Positions 26,961 to 42,038 of a DNA stretch of 64,000 bases are shown one piece after another. Location of the stretch: assembly GCA_964016885.1 (NCBI GenBank), contig OZ024743.1:269452001-269516000 (forward strand), written 5' to 3'. Made by a program: the position numbers and the translations under genes. The stretch comes from Eledone cirrhosa (taxonomy: Eukaryota). The notes under the pieces were generated by a model, which saw only the letters and a list, made by a program, of their open reading frames with translations, was not told the origin of the DNA and made no database searches. Position 1 is the first letter of the stretch, and each line of letters opens with the position of its first letter.

Positions 26961-27749
26961 GAGTTAGGGCGAAATAGGTATCGGATGCTGAATTTGCCGA
27001 CGACATAGTTTTGGGGACAAATACAGTGAAGGAGGCAGAGGATTTGATGCGGGAGGTTGAGACTGTGTCGATGAGTGTGGGGCTGAGAATGAATGAGACT
27101 AAAACAAAATATCTGGTAGAGAATGTTGAGAAGCCAGAGGGGATCACTAATGTAGGCGGGAGGCCGCTGGAATTGGTTGAGGACTTCCTGTATTTGGGAG
27201 CAAAGATTGGGAATACGGAAGATGATGTGGTTGAGAGGAAGAGCAAGGCCTGGGCGGCGTGCCACAGCTTGAGATCGGTGTGGAAGTCGGACCTTCGTAG
27301 AGACCTGAAAATCCGCCTCTTCATTGCTGTAGTGGAGTCTGTGCTGCTGTATGGGTCTGAGATTTGGACACTGACCAAGAAACTCACTCAGATGGTGGAT
27401 GGGTGCTACACGAGAATGCTGAGGATGGCTCTGAACATTAATCAGTATACACTGAGGATGAAAAACTCAGAGCTGTATGGGAGCATCCCAAAAGTCAGCT
27501 GAAAAGTGACACAGAGGAGACTGAGGTTAGCTGGACATGCTCACCGACATCCAGAGTTGACATTGCACTCAGTGCTCCTGTGGGAGCCCCTACATGGACA
27601 CACTAGAAGAGGAAGACCAAGGTTAACGTATGTTGATGCCCTAAGGACAGACACTGGTCTGTTGGAGATGCAGGACATGGCAGCGATAATGAGGGACAGA
27701 GACCGCTGGAGAGAACTCGTCCATGGATCTCGGGAATTTTACCCGCCTT

Positions 27750-27751
<2 letters not shown>
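26961..27751 (+). pseudogene. RTE-like LINE, 5'-truncated RT C-terminal half
   Basis: EFADDIVL..GLRMNETKTK..VEDFLYLG..ESVLLYGSEIW..RRLRLAGH..RRGRPRLTYVD. One internal stop. Ends in (TA)n. Confidence 0.9.
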
Positions 27752-27813
<62 letters not shown>

Positions 27814-27869
27814 ATATATATATACACATCATATAAGCTCACATGAGGCTTTATATGATGTGTATATGA

Positions 27870-27902
<33 letters not shown>

Positions 27903-27964
27903 GTATATACATGTAAATATATATATTTAACTATAACAATATATATATATATACATATATAGAA

Positions 27965-28192
27965 ATAGGAGAAAGTATGACTCCGACGGCCGAGCTCAAG
28001 CCGTTTCGACGGCTATTTCTGGACTTACCCACTCTACTACCCTAAGTATTGAGTACTCTGGTGCGTTATTGTCCAGCTGGTTCTTTACCACAACTCCACC
28101 GTTTGTATATATATGTATATATATATATATATATATATAGGAAAAAGTAAGACCCCGACGGCAGAGCTCAAGAGTCCAGAATTCCTTTGTTA
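27965..28192. mobile_element. Two rearranged copies of a half-hammerhead fold-back mini-element
   Basis: taggaaaa.gtatgac.ccgacggc.gagctcaagccgtttcgacggctatttctggac plus tail cccactctact..gagtactctggtg. Other copies at 23597-23668, 31927-31992 and 42409-42600. Confidence 0.7.
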
Positions 28193-28203
28193 TATATATA
28201 TAT

Positions 28204-28236
<33 letters not shown>

Positions 28237-28779
28237 AAACATGAGAAGAAAGAAGAATACTGCGTGGTTGCACATGGGTTACATATGATAAAAATAGTCC
28301 TTCGTCAGTGATTTTCCAACCATCATTGGTATTTCATCGCATTAAAAATCGTATACATATATATATGTGTATACATACACATACGTATACATATATATAT
28401 GTGTATACATACACATATACGTACACACACACACATATATATATATATACATATATATATATACATATCACGATAAATTAACGGAGCCATAGGCCCTCGC
28501 CATTCCCTGTAAATAATGTGCTCAAAGGAGAAGAAATCCTGAGCTCTTTAAAATATATGTTGAAAAGGTAACACACCAGAGAGATATATACAGTGCGCTA
28601 TCAATAAAACAGGGAAAAAACCACCAGTGTATGTAATCTATAACCTATGAAAGGCAGACTATAGACACGATAATTAAAAATATAAATTAAAGCGTAAATA
28701 AATACCTCTATAACTATATAACACACGTACAAATCCAAAGAGATCTGTTTCGCCAGTACGTTGTTGACAGAAATGGAAT

Positions 28780-28877
<98 letters not shown>

Positions 28878-28989
28878 TACGTATATGTGTATGTATACAC
28901 GCTGCCTATGTGTTTGTTACCTCTATCTGCCAAGAAATCTAGACGACAGAAAATCTCTCTCTCCCAACACCTCTCATGAGTCCCTACAA

Positions 28990-29105
28990 ATAATTGTTTT
29001 TTTCTTTTGGAACAAGGCCAGCACATAGCCAGTGTATTACTGGTACTTTATTTTATCGACCTCGTAAGGATGAAAGGCAAAGTTAACCTAGGCGGGATTT
29101 GAAAT
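28990..29105 (-). mobile_element. SINE family A fragment
   Basis: Core in reverse orientation. Confidence 0.75.
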
Positions 29106-29196
29106 CACTACAAATAATAATGTTAATAACAACAACAATAAACACAAGAAGTAATGATAATTAAAACGAAAAATAAAGGAAACATAAATACATAGT

Positions 29197-29293
<97 letters not shown>

Positions 29294-29294
29294 G

Positions 29295-29358
<64 letters not shown>

Positions 29359-29437
29359 CTATCCGGGAGCTTCCAACAGAAATGGTCGCATTCTTTAAGG
29401 GTATGTCAATATTTACTTATAAAACTGATCTCTATTA

Positions 29438-29502
29438 TATTTTATCTGATGAAAGCGCACCATAATTTGACTTGGTGTCCTTGAAATATGTAGATTGAAA
29501 TA
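29438..29502 (+). ncRNA. Hammerhead-like motif, imperfect stem I
   Basis: CTGATGA-aag cgcacca..tggtgt c ctt-GAAATATGTA, in a ~200-bp island between (TA)n tracts. Confidence 0.55.
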
Positions 29503-29543
29503 AATATGGTTTTATAAATATAGTTTCCATTTGTTAATATATC

Positions 29544-29611
<68 letters not shown>

Positions 29612-29627
29612 ATATATATATATTCAT

Positions 29628-29718
<91 letters not shown>

Positions 29719-29724
29719 TGTATG

Positions 29725-29819
<95 letters not shown>

Positions 29820-30219
29820 ATATATATATACATATATGTATGTATATATATATACATATATCCCCCCCAAAACCTGAATGTTATGTCAATATTGAATGTT
29901 GTTTAGAAAATCGAGTTATGACACTGGCAAACACACACACATACACACATAAACACACGGACACATACACACACGCACACACATAGACAGACACACACTC
30001 ACATATACACACACAGAGCGTCTCTATCCCTATATATATATGTGAATGTATAGATGTATACATATATATGTATGCATATATGTATAGATGAACGTATATA
30101 TGTATGTATGTATTTATGTGTGTATGTATGTACGTATGTATGTATATTTGTATGCATGCAAATATGCACGAATGCATATGTGTACGTATGTATGTATATA
30201 TGTATATATGTATGTATGT

Positions 30220-30780
30220 GTGTATGTATGCAGCTATGAATGTATGTGTGTATGTATGAATATGTATGTGTATGTATGGAGCTATGGATGTATGTGTGTA
30301 TGTATGAATATGTATGTGTATGTATGCAGCTATGAATGTATGTGTGTATGTACGTATGAATATATATGTGTATGTATGCAGCTATGAATGTATGTGTGTA
30401 TGTATGAATATATATATATGTATGTATGCAGCTGTGAATGTATGTGTGTATGTACGTATGAATATGTATGTGTATGTATGCAGCTATGAATGTATGTGCG
30501 TATGTACGTATGAATATATATGTGTATGTATGCAGCTATGATTGTATGTGTGTATGTTTGTATGAATATGTATGTGTATGTATGCAGCTATGAATGTATG
30601 TGTGTATGTACGTGTGAATATGTATGTGTATGTATGCAGTTATGAATGTATGTGTGTATGAATATGTATGTGTATGTATGCAGCTATGAATGTATGTGTG
30701 TATGTACGTGTGAATATGTATGTGAATGTATGCAGTTATGAATGTATGTGTGTATGTATGAATATGTATGTGTATGTGCT
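30220..30780. repeat. Compound TATG-derived minisatellite (~45-50-bp unit with GCAGCTATGAA)
   Basis: tatgcagctatgaatgtatgtgtgtatg recurs about 11 times. Confidence 0.85.
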
Positions 30781-31173
30781 TATGCGTGTTTCGGTGTCAT
30801 GTCGGTGTTTAGATTAGATATTTATTAGTGTGATTTTATATGTACACCAATGTTAACAATCAACAGACATAGTTAGACAATACATACATACAACATACGT
30901 ACAAACATACATGATGGCTTCCCTCTCGTTATCGAGTATGGCCATTGCACGTTATACCATTATTAATAATTATTAATTAATTCTATCGTACAATGCCTGT
31001 GCGTGAAGATATTTTTTAAAGTGAGGAAAGACTATGCACTGAGCCAATCCCACTCTCTGAGCGACAGTAGCTATAACCCGAAAAGAAGAAAAGATCAACA
31101 TCATCGGTAACTACTGAGCCGCACATACATACATACATACCTACAAACATTCATACATACATACATACATACA

Positions 31174-31610
31174 CAAATTAAAGCACAACCGGCCTGATAT
31201 TGTTGTTTGGGACCACACATTGAAAACGTGTTCTGTTGTGGAGATCAGCTGCCCACTTGATGTAAACGTTGTCAGAAAAATACAGGAGAAGGAGGACATC
31301 TACGGACCATTGATGAGGAGTTTACAAATCCAGTATCCAAGATACACCTTTAGCTTCATACCCATCATTATTGGAGCTACAGGTTATATACCAACCCGCT
31401 TGGACCAAAGTATGACTGAACTTGGATTTGCGGACAAAGAGCGCAGCTCCCTAATTCATAGTCTACAAATGGCTGCGATAGCTGGCACATTCAAAATTTG
31501 CAAAACATTCTTGCGATTCAAGGGATGACAATTTCTTTTCTTTTACAACCTTGCCACCAGGAAGGTGGCCGGTCAAAAAAAATATACTCGAAATTAAGAG
31601 AAAGAGATAA
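31174..31610 (+). mobile_element. 5'-truncated R4/Dong-type RLE retrotransposon (copy 2)
   Basis: KLKHNRPDIVVWD..VVEISCPLD..EKEDIY..PIIIGATG. Nearly identical to 46627-47067. (TACA)n flanks. Confidence 0.9.
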
Positions 31611-31867
31611 CACACACATACATACATACATATACACATACATACATATATACATACATATATACATACATACATACATATATATACATACATACATACA
31701 TATACATATATACATGCATACATACGTAGTTATACATACATACATATAAACATACATATAGACTCACATTCATATATACATACATACATACAGATATACA
31801 TACATATTCATACATACATACATATTCATACTTACATACATATAAACATGCATATTCATACATACAT

Positions 31868-31930
<63 letters not shown>

Positions 31931-32069
31931 AAAATGTATGACTCCGACGGCAGAGCTCAAGCCGTTTCGACGGCTATTTCTGGACTCTGTGTATACGCAT
32001 GCATTTATGCATGTTAGCATGAACGTATGTATGTATGTATTCATGTATGTATGTGTGTGTGTATGTATA

Positions 32070-32112
<43 letters not shown>

Positions 32113-32578
32113 GCACATATACATACACACACACATACATACATGAATACATACATACATACATACGATCATACTAACACGCATAAATGCAAGCGTATAC
32201 ACATACTTAGATGCACACATAAATTCGTGCATACATACATACATACATACATACATGCATGCATACATACATACATACATACATACATACATACATACAT
32301 ACATACATACATACATACATACATACATACATGTATACATATATAAATATGTACAAACATACATACATATACTTACGAAGACACACATTCACAACTATGT
32401 ATATAGATGTACCTACACGCACGCATTTTCAGACTATCACATAAATCTGTCTATGGCATAGATTTTATGTATGTATATATGTATATATATATATATTTAA
32501 ACACAGAAACATTTCATATGTATATATATATACACGAATGTATATATGAATATGCACGCAGCTCACAAAAAACAAGAC

Positions 32579-32649
<71 letters not shown>

Positions 32650-33054
32650 TATATACCTTTACATATATGTATGTATTTATATCTTTATTTTCCCCATATA
32701 CGTGTGTATAAACGGAAATATATACACACCCTCACGTATATATATTTATATTTATATCTCTATCTTGAAAATATTTCAACAAACAAGAGTATAAACATGG
32801 TTTTGTTATATACATGTTGTTGTGTGGCAGACCAACTCACACACATATATATATATATACATCAGGCACACACTCACACACATATGCAACAGGCACACAC
32901 TCACACATATATACAATCATATATATTTGTGAATAAGCTCGGCAGCGTCAAATGATCCAACCAATATACACGCATGCACATATACATTTATACACACACA
33001 CACACACATACACACACACAGACACACACACACACACATGCACACACACACACG

Positions 33055-33107
<53 letters not shown>

Positions 33108-33680
33108 GTATATGTATATTTATGTATACATATACGTATATGCTTTGCTGAATGGATTTCCTTTTATAATACATCATCTGATATTTTCTTGAATGCTTCA
33201 GTTTATATTATAAACAGTCTATATTTGCTTATAGTTTGTTTAATCACTGTTTAAGGTCGGGCTTTTGGCGCCTCCAAGCTATGAACACTGTGATATATTT
33301 GAAATCTGACATCGTTAGATTTAACGCCTTTCCTTTAAACAACAATTCACTCTTTTGATTTTGATTATGACCTCGTTCATATGCTGCCAATATTTTTTTA
33401 TCATATCACTATGTCTTATGACTTGTCTTAATATGAGTTTGAATGTTAAATGGTTAATAAATTAATTGATTTCTTTAATCAATTTAAACGTTCATGTAGA
33501 GCTGGTACGCCATGACACATTGGGATAAGTATCTACTACAACATGTAATTACTAAAACAAATACAATAGAGTGTTTGTGAGTAAAAAGAGTCAAAAGTAG
33601 CCAAAATAAGAAAAAGTCATAATAAAGTAGTTAAATGTTCCTGTTGTCGATCTTTCTGTAACCTTCATGTATTGGGGGAC

Positions 33681-33880
33681 CTTGGTTATGATTGGTAGAC
33701 CTTGTTTATGGTTGGTAGACCTTGTTTATAGTTGGTAGATCTTGTTTATGGTTGGTAGATCTTGTTTATGGTTGGTAGATGTTGTTTATGGTTGGTAGAT
33801 CTTGTTTATGGTTGGTAGACCTTGTTTATGGTTGGTAGATCTTGTTTATGGTTGGTAGATGTTGTTTATGGTTGGTAGAT
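33681..33880. repeat. 20-bp minisatellite CTTGTTTATGGTTGGTAGAY x10
   Basis: Direct reading. Confidence 0.95.
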
Positions 33881-34124
33881 CCATGACTATATCTTGCCCC
33901 ACCAACTTTAAAGTATCCTTTCTATCTCCTTTCTATGTCTCTTACATTGGAACTAATTTTATTCTGACATCAATTGCTATGTTTTACACCATGTGTTGAC
34001 TTGCTGCAATTATTCATATTTTATATCTAATTAACAATAGTTTCTATGTCAAGCACAACGCTAAGGATCTGGGATCGGGAGAGAGGGATTTAAAGAATAA
34101 AAATTTGCTAAAACATAATTTTGT

Positions 34125-34332
34125 TCCTCTCAACATCAGCAAATGTTCAACCACGTTTACCATGTGAATCTACTCTTAAAGCCACTTTCTTATGGGATCC
34201 ATCCATTCGTCATCTCTTGGATAGACAGCTTCCGATCAGATCACACTAGAGCCATATGTGTTAATGCTTCTTTCATTCCTGTCCCCAAATCCATGATATC
34301 TGGTGTTCCCCAGGGTTCAGTTATGTCCGCAC
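34125..34332 (+). pseudogene. CR1/Jockey-like LINE RT fragment
   Basis: LNISKMFNHVYH..LLLK..SYG..WIDSF..SGVPQGSVM, matching the LDISKAFD..GVPQGS motifs. Confidence 0.7.
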
Positions 34333-34409
34333 AATATTATATATTCTAGGTTATGTTATGATGTAATGAAATTTATATTTCATATTTAATTCAACATAAT
34401 TTTTATTAC

Positions 34410-35920
34410 AGTTCCAAGGTCGGAAATTAGAGACGGGCTTTAGGTGGTAAGCTATTATTTCATGGTATCTTATTTCATCGACTCCGGAAGAATCATAGGC
34501 CGCGTTGACCGTAGCGGCAATTTATCACAAAGCGTAAAAGAATGTAAATTCCGCAAGATATTTGCCGACGCCATAAAGATTAAACCAATCCATACCCAGT
34601 TTTGATGCGAGGTATTCCAGTTTTTCGACCAAAGAAACTAGCTATTCGTTGATTTATACCTGTACCATAGACATTTACACCTGTACCATAATTACCATAA
34701 TCATCAAGTACACTAAGTATGGCACAGTGTGTGAGGCGGAAGTCGTATTACAAGTATAGACAGGCAACCATCTACAACAGATTTCTTCCAGTAAGTTTAA
34801 TGACAATGTTTGAGCATACCTGTGGCTATGATAAGAATTACATATTAAAGCAGTCGCCACATAGTCATGTCTGTGTAATAATTCTTTCTAAAATTGGCAC
34901 AAGACCAGCAATTTTGGGGCAAGGCGAAAGTACTTAAATGTTAATATATTTTAACGACCCCAGAAATATTAAAGGTAAATGTGACCTCGGCGGGATTTGA
35001 TCTCAGAACGTAAAACCTCGTAACTAAATACCACGAAGCAGTTTGTATGACACTCTACTGATTCTGCCAATTCAGTGCCCTCGTGCCCATGTAATAATTG
35101 TTTCTACTTTAGGCACAAGGCCAGCAATTATCCAGTACATTACTTTTACTTTATTTCATCGACCCCGTAAGGATGAAAGGCAAAGTTAACCTCGGCGGGA
35201 TTTGAACTCAGACTGTAAAGGGACGTAACTATGCTAGAAAGCATGGCGTCCAACCCTCTACCGATACTGCCAATTCACTGCCCATGTCATAATGATTTTT
35301 AATTTGGGCACAAGACCAGCAATTTATTGGGTGGAGAAATTCGATTATAGTCACCCCAGTTTTTTACTCGTATTTGATTTTATCGACCATGGAAAAAGGA
35401 AATGAACGCTGATATTGGCGGCATTTGAACCCATAACGTATCAAGCCGAAACAAATACTGAGAATCACTCTAATGACTACCTGTGTATGTAATAATCCTT
35501 TTTATATAGGCACAAGGCCAACAATTTGAGGAGAGGGGAAGTCATTAAATCTTCCCTAGTGCATTAATGGTACATTATTTTATCGGACCAGGTAGTGGAT
35601 TGGCAGTATCGGTAGAGTCAGACACCATGCTTTGCAGCACAGAGTTACGGCCCTTTACGGTCTGAGTTCAAATCCCGCCGAGGTTAACTTTGCCTTTCAT
35701 CCTTATGGAGTCGATAAAATAAAGTACCAGTCATGCACTGGGGTCGATTTAATAGACTTTCCCCCTTCCCCCAAATTGTTGGCCTCGTGCCTATATAAGA
35801 AACCATTACTTTATCGGACCCGGGAAGATAAAAAGTAAAGTTGACGTTGGCAGGATTCGGAAGCGGATAGTAAAGAGCAGGAAGAAATACCAACGATCTA
35901 CCGATACCACCAATCCATTG
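34410..35920. mobile_element. Cluster of about 7 nested or tandem family A SINEs in both orientations
   Basis: Copies at about 34410, 34878, 35093, 35290, 35490 (-), 35593-35810 (+) and 35810-35920 (-). Confidence 0.8.
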
Positions 35921-36078
35921 CTCTTACCTGTGTGATAAGGACAATAATTTATAAGTTGTACTTGCTTGGTAAATGACTTGGTGTTTTAGGACGTGTTGAA
36001 ATTGAAGCATTTTGATCATGGAATTGTCAATTAAAAACAACACACACACACCACACACACACACTATATATATATATA

Positions 36079-37055
36079 TGCTCAGGGAAGCGAGTTCCGG
36101 ATGCACCACCGACATACTTCTGCTGTCATCACCCGTACGAGTGCCGGTCGAGAAGGGAGTGAAGCAAGGCGATACGATCTCTCCAAAACCTTTCACCGCG
36201 TGTCTCAAGCAGATCATCAGAGGCATTGACTGGCAAGGCGGTGTCAACATCAACGGCGAGATACTTACCTACCTCCGTTTCGCTGATGACACCGTACTCA
36301 TCGCTGAAACCACGGATCAGCTTCAGACCATGCTGACGGAGCTCGACATCAAAAGCTCTGGAGTAGGCCTCAAGATGAACCGCATGGAAACGAAGTTCAT
36401 GCGGTCCGACAGCGTACCAACAGGTCGAATAGTGGTTGGCGGTGATGAAATAGAGGAGGTGGAGGAATACCTCTACGTAGGACAAGAAGTGAACATGCGC
36501 CGAGACATTGAGAGGGAGATCTCGCGGAGAGTAAGGGCCGGATGGAAGGCGTTCAACGGCATAAGGGATGTGATCAGGGGGAGGTTGGATAAGACCACCC
36601 GCGCCAACCTCTTCAATATCACAGTTTTACCTGCAATGTTATATGGCAGTGAAACTTGGGCTACAACGAAGAGAGAAGAGCAGAGGCTGGTAACGGCTCA
36701 AAGAGCCATGGAGAGATCAATGCTAGGAATCTCGTAGAGAGCGCACATCAGAAGCGAAGTCATCAGACAGAAGTCCAGCGTGAGGGACGTCATCACGGAA
36801 TATATGCGCAGCAACTTCAGATGGGCTGGACACGTCGCTCGGTTCACCGATAATCGGTGGACCCGCGCAGTTGCCGAGTGGTACCCGCGCGAGCGGAAAC
36901 GACCACTCGGAAGGCCTCCATGAAGGTGGAGTTACGATTTTAGGAATACGATTGGGACTACATGGATGAGGAAAGCACGATCCAGAGAGGAATGGACGGC
37001 GTGTTGTGACCAGCGGCGCCGAATGGACGCCCGACAGACTGGTCGGTCAAGGTGA
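36079..37055 (+). pseudogene. RTE-clade LINE, 5'-truncated reverse transcriptase
   Basis: GVKQGDTISPK..YLRFADD..GLKMN..VLPAMLYGSETW..AQRAMERSMLG..RWAGHVAR..KRPLGRPP. Two stops. (TA)n flanks. Confidence 0.92.
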
Positions 37056-37199
37056 TATATAAAATAAACACATCAAACAATTACAGAGGATAATTTGTAA
37101 AGAGTGTAACCACACATAGTTACGGAGGTAACATATTAAAAACTAAGAAGAAACTTGAATACAGATATCTTGCAATAATTATTAATCCTTATTGCAAGG

Positions 37200-37314
<115 letters not shown>

Positions 37315-37450
37315 ATATATAGTCATCGCAATATAAATTATTAAATAAAATTAGAACACTATAAATAATAGTTTAGAAAATCGGGTAATGGTGACAGAAG
37401 CCAGGGCGGAAGCGTTCCTGAAAGAACGGTATTATTAGAAATTATAAAAG

Positions 37451-38286
37451 GGTGGTGGATTGGCAGTGTCGGTAGAGGGTCGGACGCCATGCTTTGCAGC
37501 ACAGTTACGTCCCTTTACGGACTGAGTTCAAATCCCGCCGAGGTTAACGTTGCCTTTCATCCTTACGGAGTCGATAAAATAAAGTACCAGTAATACACTG
37601 GAATAATTGCTGGCCTTGTGCCAAAAGTAGAAACAATTATTAGAAATTATAAAAAAAAACATTACTTCTCTTGTGCTAATTAACATAGAATATAGTTTAC
37701 AGAGGTCCTATAATTAATATCGAAAATCCTTAGAAAATGGATGGTTTTGAATGTACCTTTTGCTCGATCGAAGCTCTGGAAATAATAATTGTTTTTACTT
37801 TTGGCACAAGGCCAGCAATTACGCAGTACATTAATGGCACTTTATTTTATCGACCCCGTAAAATAAATTTCCAGTAATGTGCTGAGTAATTTCTGAGCTT
37901 GTGCCAAAAGTAGAAACAATTATTATTTCCAGAGCTTCGATCGAGCAAAAGGTACATAATATTAGTTTCTACTTTTGGCACAAGGCCAGCAATTATCCCA
38001 GTGTATTATTGGTGCTTTATTTTATCGACCCCGTAAGGATGAAAGGCAAAGTTAACCTCGGCGGGATTTGAACTCAGGTCATAAAGGACCGTAACTCTAT
38101 GCTGCAAAGCATGGCGTCTGACCCTCTACCGATACTGCCAATCCACCATAATAATTGTTTCTACTTTTGGCACAAGGTCAGCAATTATTCCAGTGCATTA
38201 CTGGTACTTTATTTTATCGACCCCGTAAGGATGAAAGGCAAAGATAACCTAGGCGGGATTTGAACTCAGACCATAAAGGGGCGTAA
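37451..38286. mobile_element. Family A SINE cluster including a 207-bp palindrome
   Basis: 37451-37643 (+), palindrome 37751-37957, 37958-38148 and 38150-38286 (-). Confidence 0.85.
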
Positions 38287-38927
38287 ATAATGTCTGATAA
38301 ATATTTGTTTAATTCATCGACAAGAAATAATTATTTGCTGCCCTCACAGATATTTTCTTTCTTTTTTAGAATGGTTTATGATTCTCCCTTGGGGAATTAC
38401 CACTCTTATCACAGTCTTCATGATCAATTCACTATTTGTAAGCATTTTCAAACCTTATCTTCTTTAACATTAGTAAATTAATATAGGATAGTAAATTTCA
38501 CTTTGTAAGTATAAACATGAATATACGTGAGAAATAATTATAAAATTAATTGTTAATTTTTGAATTTTTAATAAAGTTAGATGAAGATAATTAGATAAAA
38601 TATTTTTTATTTTCTTACGTAAAGTTTTTCATTATATTTTCAAGATTTGTTTATGATCCTATATCGATAATAGTTGTGTTTCTTATTTTAGGAAGCTATA
38701 ATTATTTCAAAATTTTATATATTTAATTCTCTCTTATTAAATATTCTTTCATATTTGATTCCTTTATTCTTGGTAAATATAAGTTAAATTATACTTTGGA
38801 ATTGTAAGTAAACATTTGTTCTTGCTGAATAATAATGAAAACAAAGGATATTTTATTTCTTTAATTTAGATTATACTTTTGTTGAACACAATTAAGATTA
38901 ATGTGTTAATTTTATAGTGTAGATACA

Positions 38928-39328
38928 ATAATAATAATTGTTTCTGCTTTTGGCGCAAGGCCAGCAATTATCCCAGATCATTACTGGTGCTTTATTTTAT
39001 CGACCCCGTAAAGATGAAAGGCACAATTAACCTCGGCGGGATTTGAACTCAGACCGTAAAGGGCCGTAACCCATGTTGCAAAGCATGGCGTCAGATACTG
39101 CCAATCCACCGCCCTACAATAATGATTTCTAGTATTGGCACAAGGCCAGTAATTTGGTGGGAGGGGAAAGTCGATCAAATCGACCCCAGTACTTTATTTT
39201 ATCGACCCCATGGGGATGAAAGGCAAAGCTAACCTCGGCGGGATTTGAAGTCAGACCGTAAAGGGACGTAACTCTATGCTGAAAAACATAGCGTCCGACC
39301 CTCTATCTATACTGCAAATCCACCGCAC
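38928..39328 (-). mobile_element. Two tandem family A SINEs
   Basis: Two consecutive reverse copies. Confidence 0.85.
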
Positions 39329-40209
39329 TACGATAATAATAACGATGTTAACTTTGATTTATCTCAGTATTATTTACTCTGCTATTCTTATAAATTTAAC
39401 TCTATTCCTTATCTCTTTGATAAAGGCTACTAATTATACTTCTAAATACTACATATGTTTTTAACCAGAACGTTTATAATAATGTTATATTCTAATACAT
39501 TATTTAATAAATATTCATAGATTATTTAATACATAACCTCTTACACATCACCATACCTTCTACTTTCACTTTCCATCGCGTGGTTATATAATATGTTAGT
39601 CTAGTGACTGATATATTTATATTGCGAGTGTCTGCACTTTTTCTTTTTACAATTTTCTTTAATGTATAATTATCAGTAAATTAGGATTTCGCACATTTAA
39701 TTTACTTAATTTAAATATTTTTTATAGCCTTTCCTTCTATTTTCTTGTTTTCTCTTTTCCCCGCCTTTGCTTTTTTTTCTCTTTATATTCTTAAAACAAA
39801 ATAATATTTTGCTAACAAAAGTCTATTAAGGTGAATCTAACTTTACTGTAAGTCATAAATTGTTTCTATAATATTCTTTATATTATAATTAATATAATAA
39901 AATTATATATAAACTAATAATCTACTAATAGCCCTGCCTAATATTATATTGTACGTCTATGTTCGGTACTGCTTAAATAATGAGTTTAAATTAAAAATAA
40001 ATTTATGAACTTAATATTAAAAAATTTAATAACACAAATGTTTTGTGTTTATTTATAGGATAAATATTAATATATTATAATAATTCAGTTAATTATTTAT
40101 TTGTTTAGCCTAATAAAAACAGCCCAAACCCATATATTGTTTATAAATATTGACTTTCAATTTCTAAATAATTGATATTCTTCACTTGTATTTCCTATTA
40201 TATTTCCTA

Positions 40210-41087
40210 CTAGCAGTGGTACCCGGCGTTGCACGGGATAAGGTATTTTGGAACGCGGGCTGCCAACAGACCTAATCGTGGAAAAACTGCATGCCTGGAC
40301 AATATGTAAAGAAAATAAACCGAATACTCTGATGGCTGGATAATCTTTAAGATTTTCCTCGATGAAGCAGGAAAAATGCAGGTTTTCACCTAGGGAATCA
40401 AGAAAATGAATTTTTTTTATATGCATAATATACCTTGAAATTTCGGGAAAATCGGCTAGGCGTAACGCCTCCAAAAGTCCCTAAGAAGCAGAAAAAAATG
40501 AAGTTTTTCACCTAATGCGGGCCCTAGGCCATAAGAAAGTTGGATTTTCTTTGCTTACGGTATGAAGAAGAGACTGACTAATACATAGTTACAATTTCAA
40601 GGAAATCGGTCTGACGTAACGCCTAAAAAAACCCTAAAAATCTTTAAAATGGGGGCCCCAGGAGATTAAAAAAAGTTGAATTTTTTTAATGTGCATAACA
40701 CTCCCTGAAACATAAGTAATACATATGTAAAGTTTGAAAATATTCGGTTGGGTACTTCTCGAGTTTTAGGGATTCAAACTCACACACACACACACACACA
40801 CAGACATCCTCAGGGAAGTGACGTAATGCAGACAGCCAGACATACAGACAGATATTATAAGGACGTGACGTTATATGTATGTATCTATCTAAAAAGAGAA
40901 AGACTAAGAATTATAGAGCGAGATCGTTAAATCACTTAATACGGTCCCTAGGGCATTGAAAATTTGAACACTCCCTGAAACATAAGTATTACATGTGTAA
41001 AGTTTGAAAACAGTCGGTTGGGTGGTTCTCGATTTTTAGGGATTCGAACTCACACACAGACAGACATCCTCAGTTTTATATATATAA
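40210..41087 (-). mobile_element. Non-autonomous Helitron-like element
   Basis: Minus-strand 3' end: hairpin CCCGTGCAACGCCGGG, 8 nt, then CTAG followed by T. The 5' end is TATATATAAAA..GTCTGTCTGTGTG. Internal ~110-bp duplication near 40698 and 40967. Confidence 0.75.
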
Positions 41088-41254
41088 ATTATATTTCCTA
41101 TTATATAATTCTTATTATACAATGTCTAACATCAAATATAATTGTTTCCTTTTAGTTTACTTCTGATAATTTTTACACAGTAAATTTTGTATAGAGATTT
41201 TCACTCTGTTTTCCTTCTCTTTGCCTTTCTCTTTCATTTTCACGTAGGTAAATA

Positions 41255-41446
41255 TAATAATTGTTTCTACTTTTGGCACAAGGCCAGCAATTATCCCAGT
41301 GCATAACTGGTACTTTATTTTATGGACCCCGTATGGATGAAAGGCAAAGTTAACCTAGGCGGGATTTGAACTCAGATCATAAAGGGCAGTAACTCTATGT
41401 TGCAAAGCATGGCGTCCGACCTTCTACCGATACTGCCAACCCATTC
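41255..41446 (-). mobile_element. SINE family A
   Basis: Full reverse copy. A degenerate plus-strand copy lies at 41678-41842. Confidence 0.85.
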
Positions 41447-41861
41447 AATAATGCTGTTATATAGTTTAAACATATGTCTTTCTTGGCGGTCTTTTCATAG
41501 TGATACATTGTTTATCCTATACCATGCTGGCGTGGGGGTTATGAGGATGTCCTCATACGGTCATTGCATACTAAATAATATCTGTCTTCTCTGAAGATTC
41601 TTTCCTTGAGTCAACTTTCAGATTGAAATATGTAAATACATCTATTGCATATATATATAATGACATTCTGATATTTGACCCAGCTCTTTAATTTCTGAGT
41701 TCAAATTTCAACGCGGTCAACGTTACATTACATATTCGGACAATCATAAAATAAAGTACCAGTCAAACACTGGGGTTTATATAATTGGATTAACTTTCCC
41801 GCCCAAATCAGCTGCCTGTTTGCCTAAATTAGAAACCATTATACACACACACACCCACACG

Positions 41862-41894
<33 letters not shown>

Positions 41895-41895
<1 letters not shown>

Positions 41896-42038
41896 AGTTT
41901 ATCCCGGGTTCAATCGGGGGTAACCACAGTAAGTAAGGTATTCAATACAAAGCAGAGTATAAATATTTAATATAGAAAAGGCTTCTACAGGATTAGAACT
42001 GTTTCGAATGAAAGAGTTCTAGTCCTGTAGAAGCCTTT

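Noticed and set aside
40197-41100. 13-bp TSD (ATTATATTTCCTA) around the Helitron-like element
   Set aside because: The motif is already tandemly repeated in the left flank, and Helitrons do not make TSDs.
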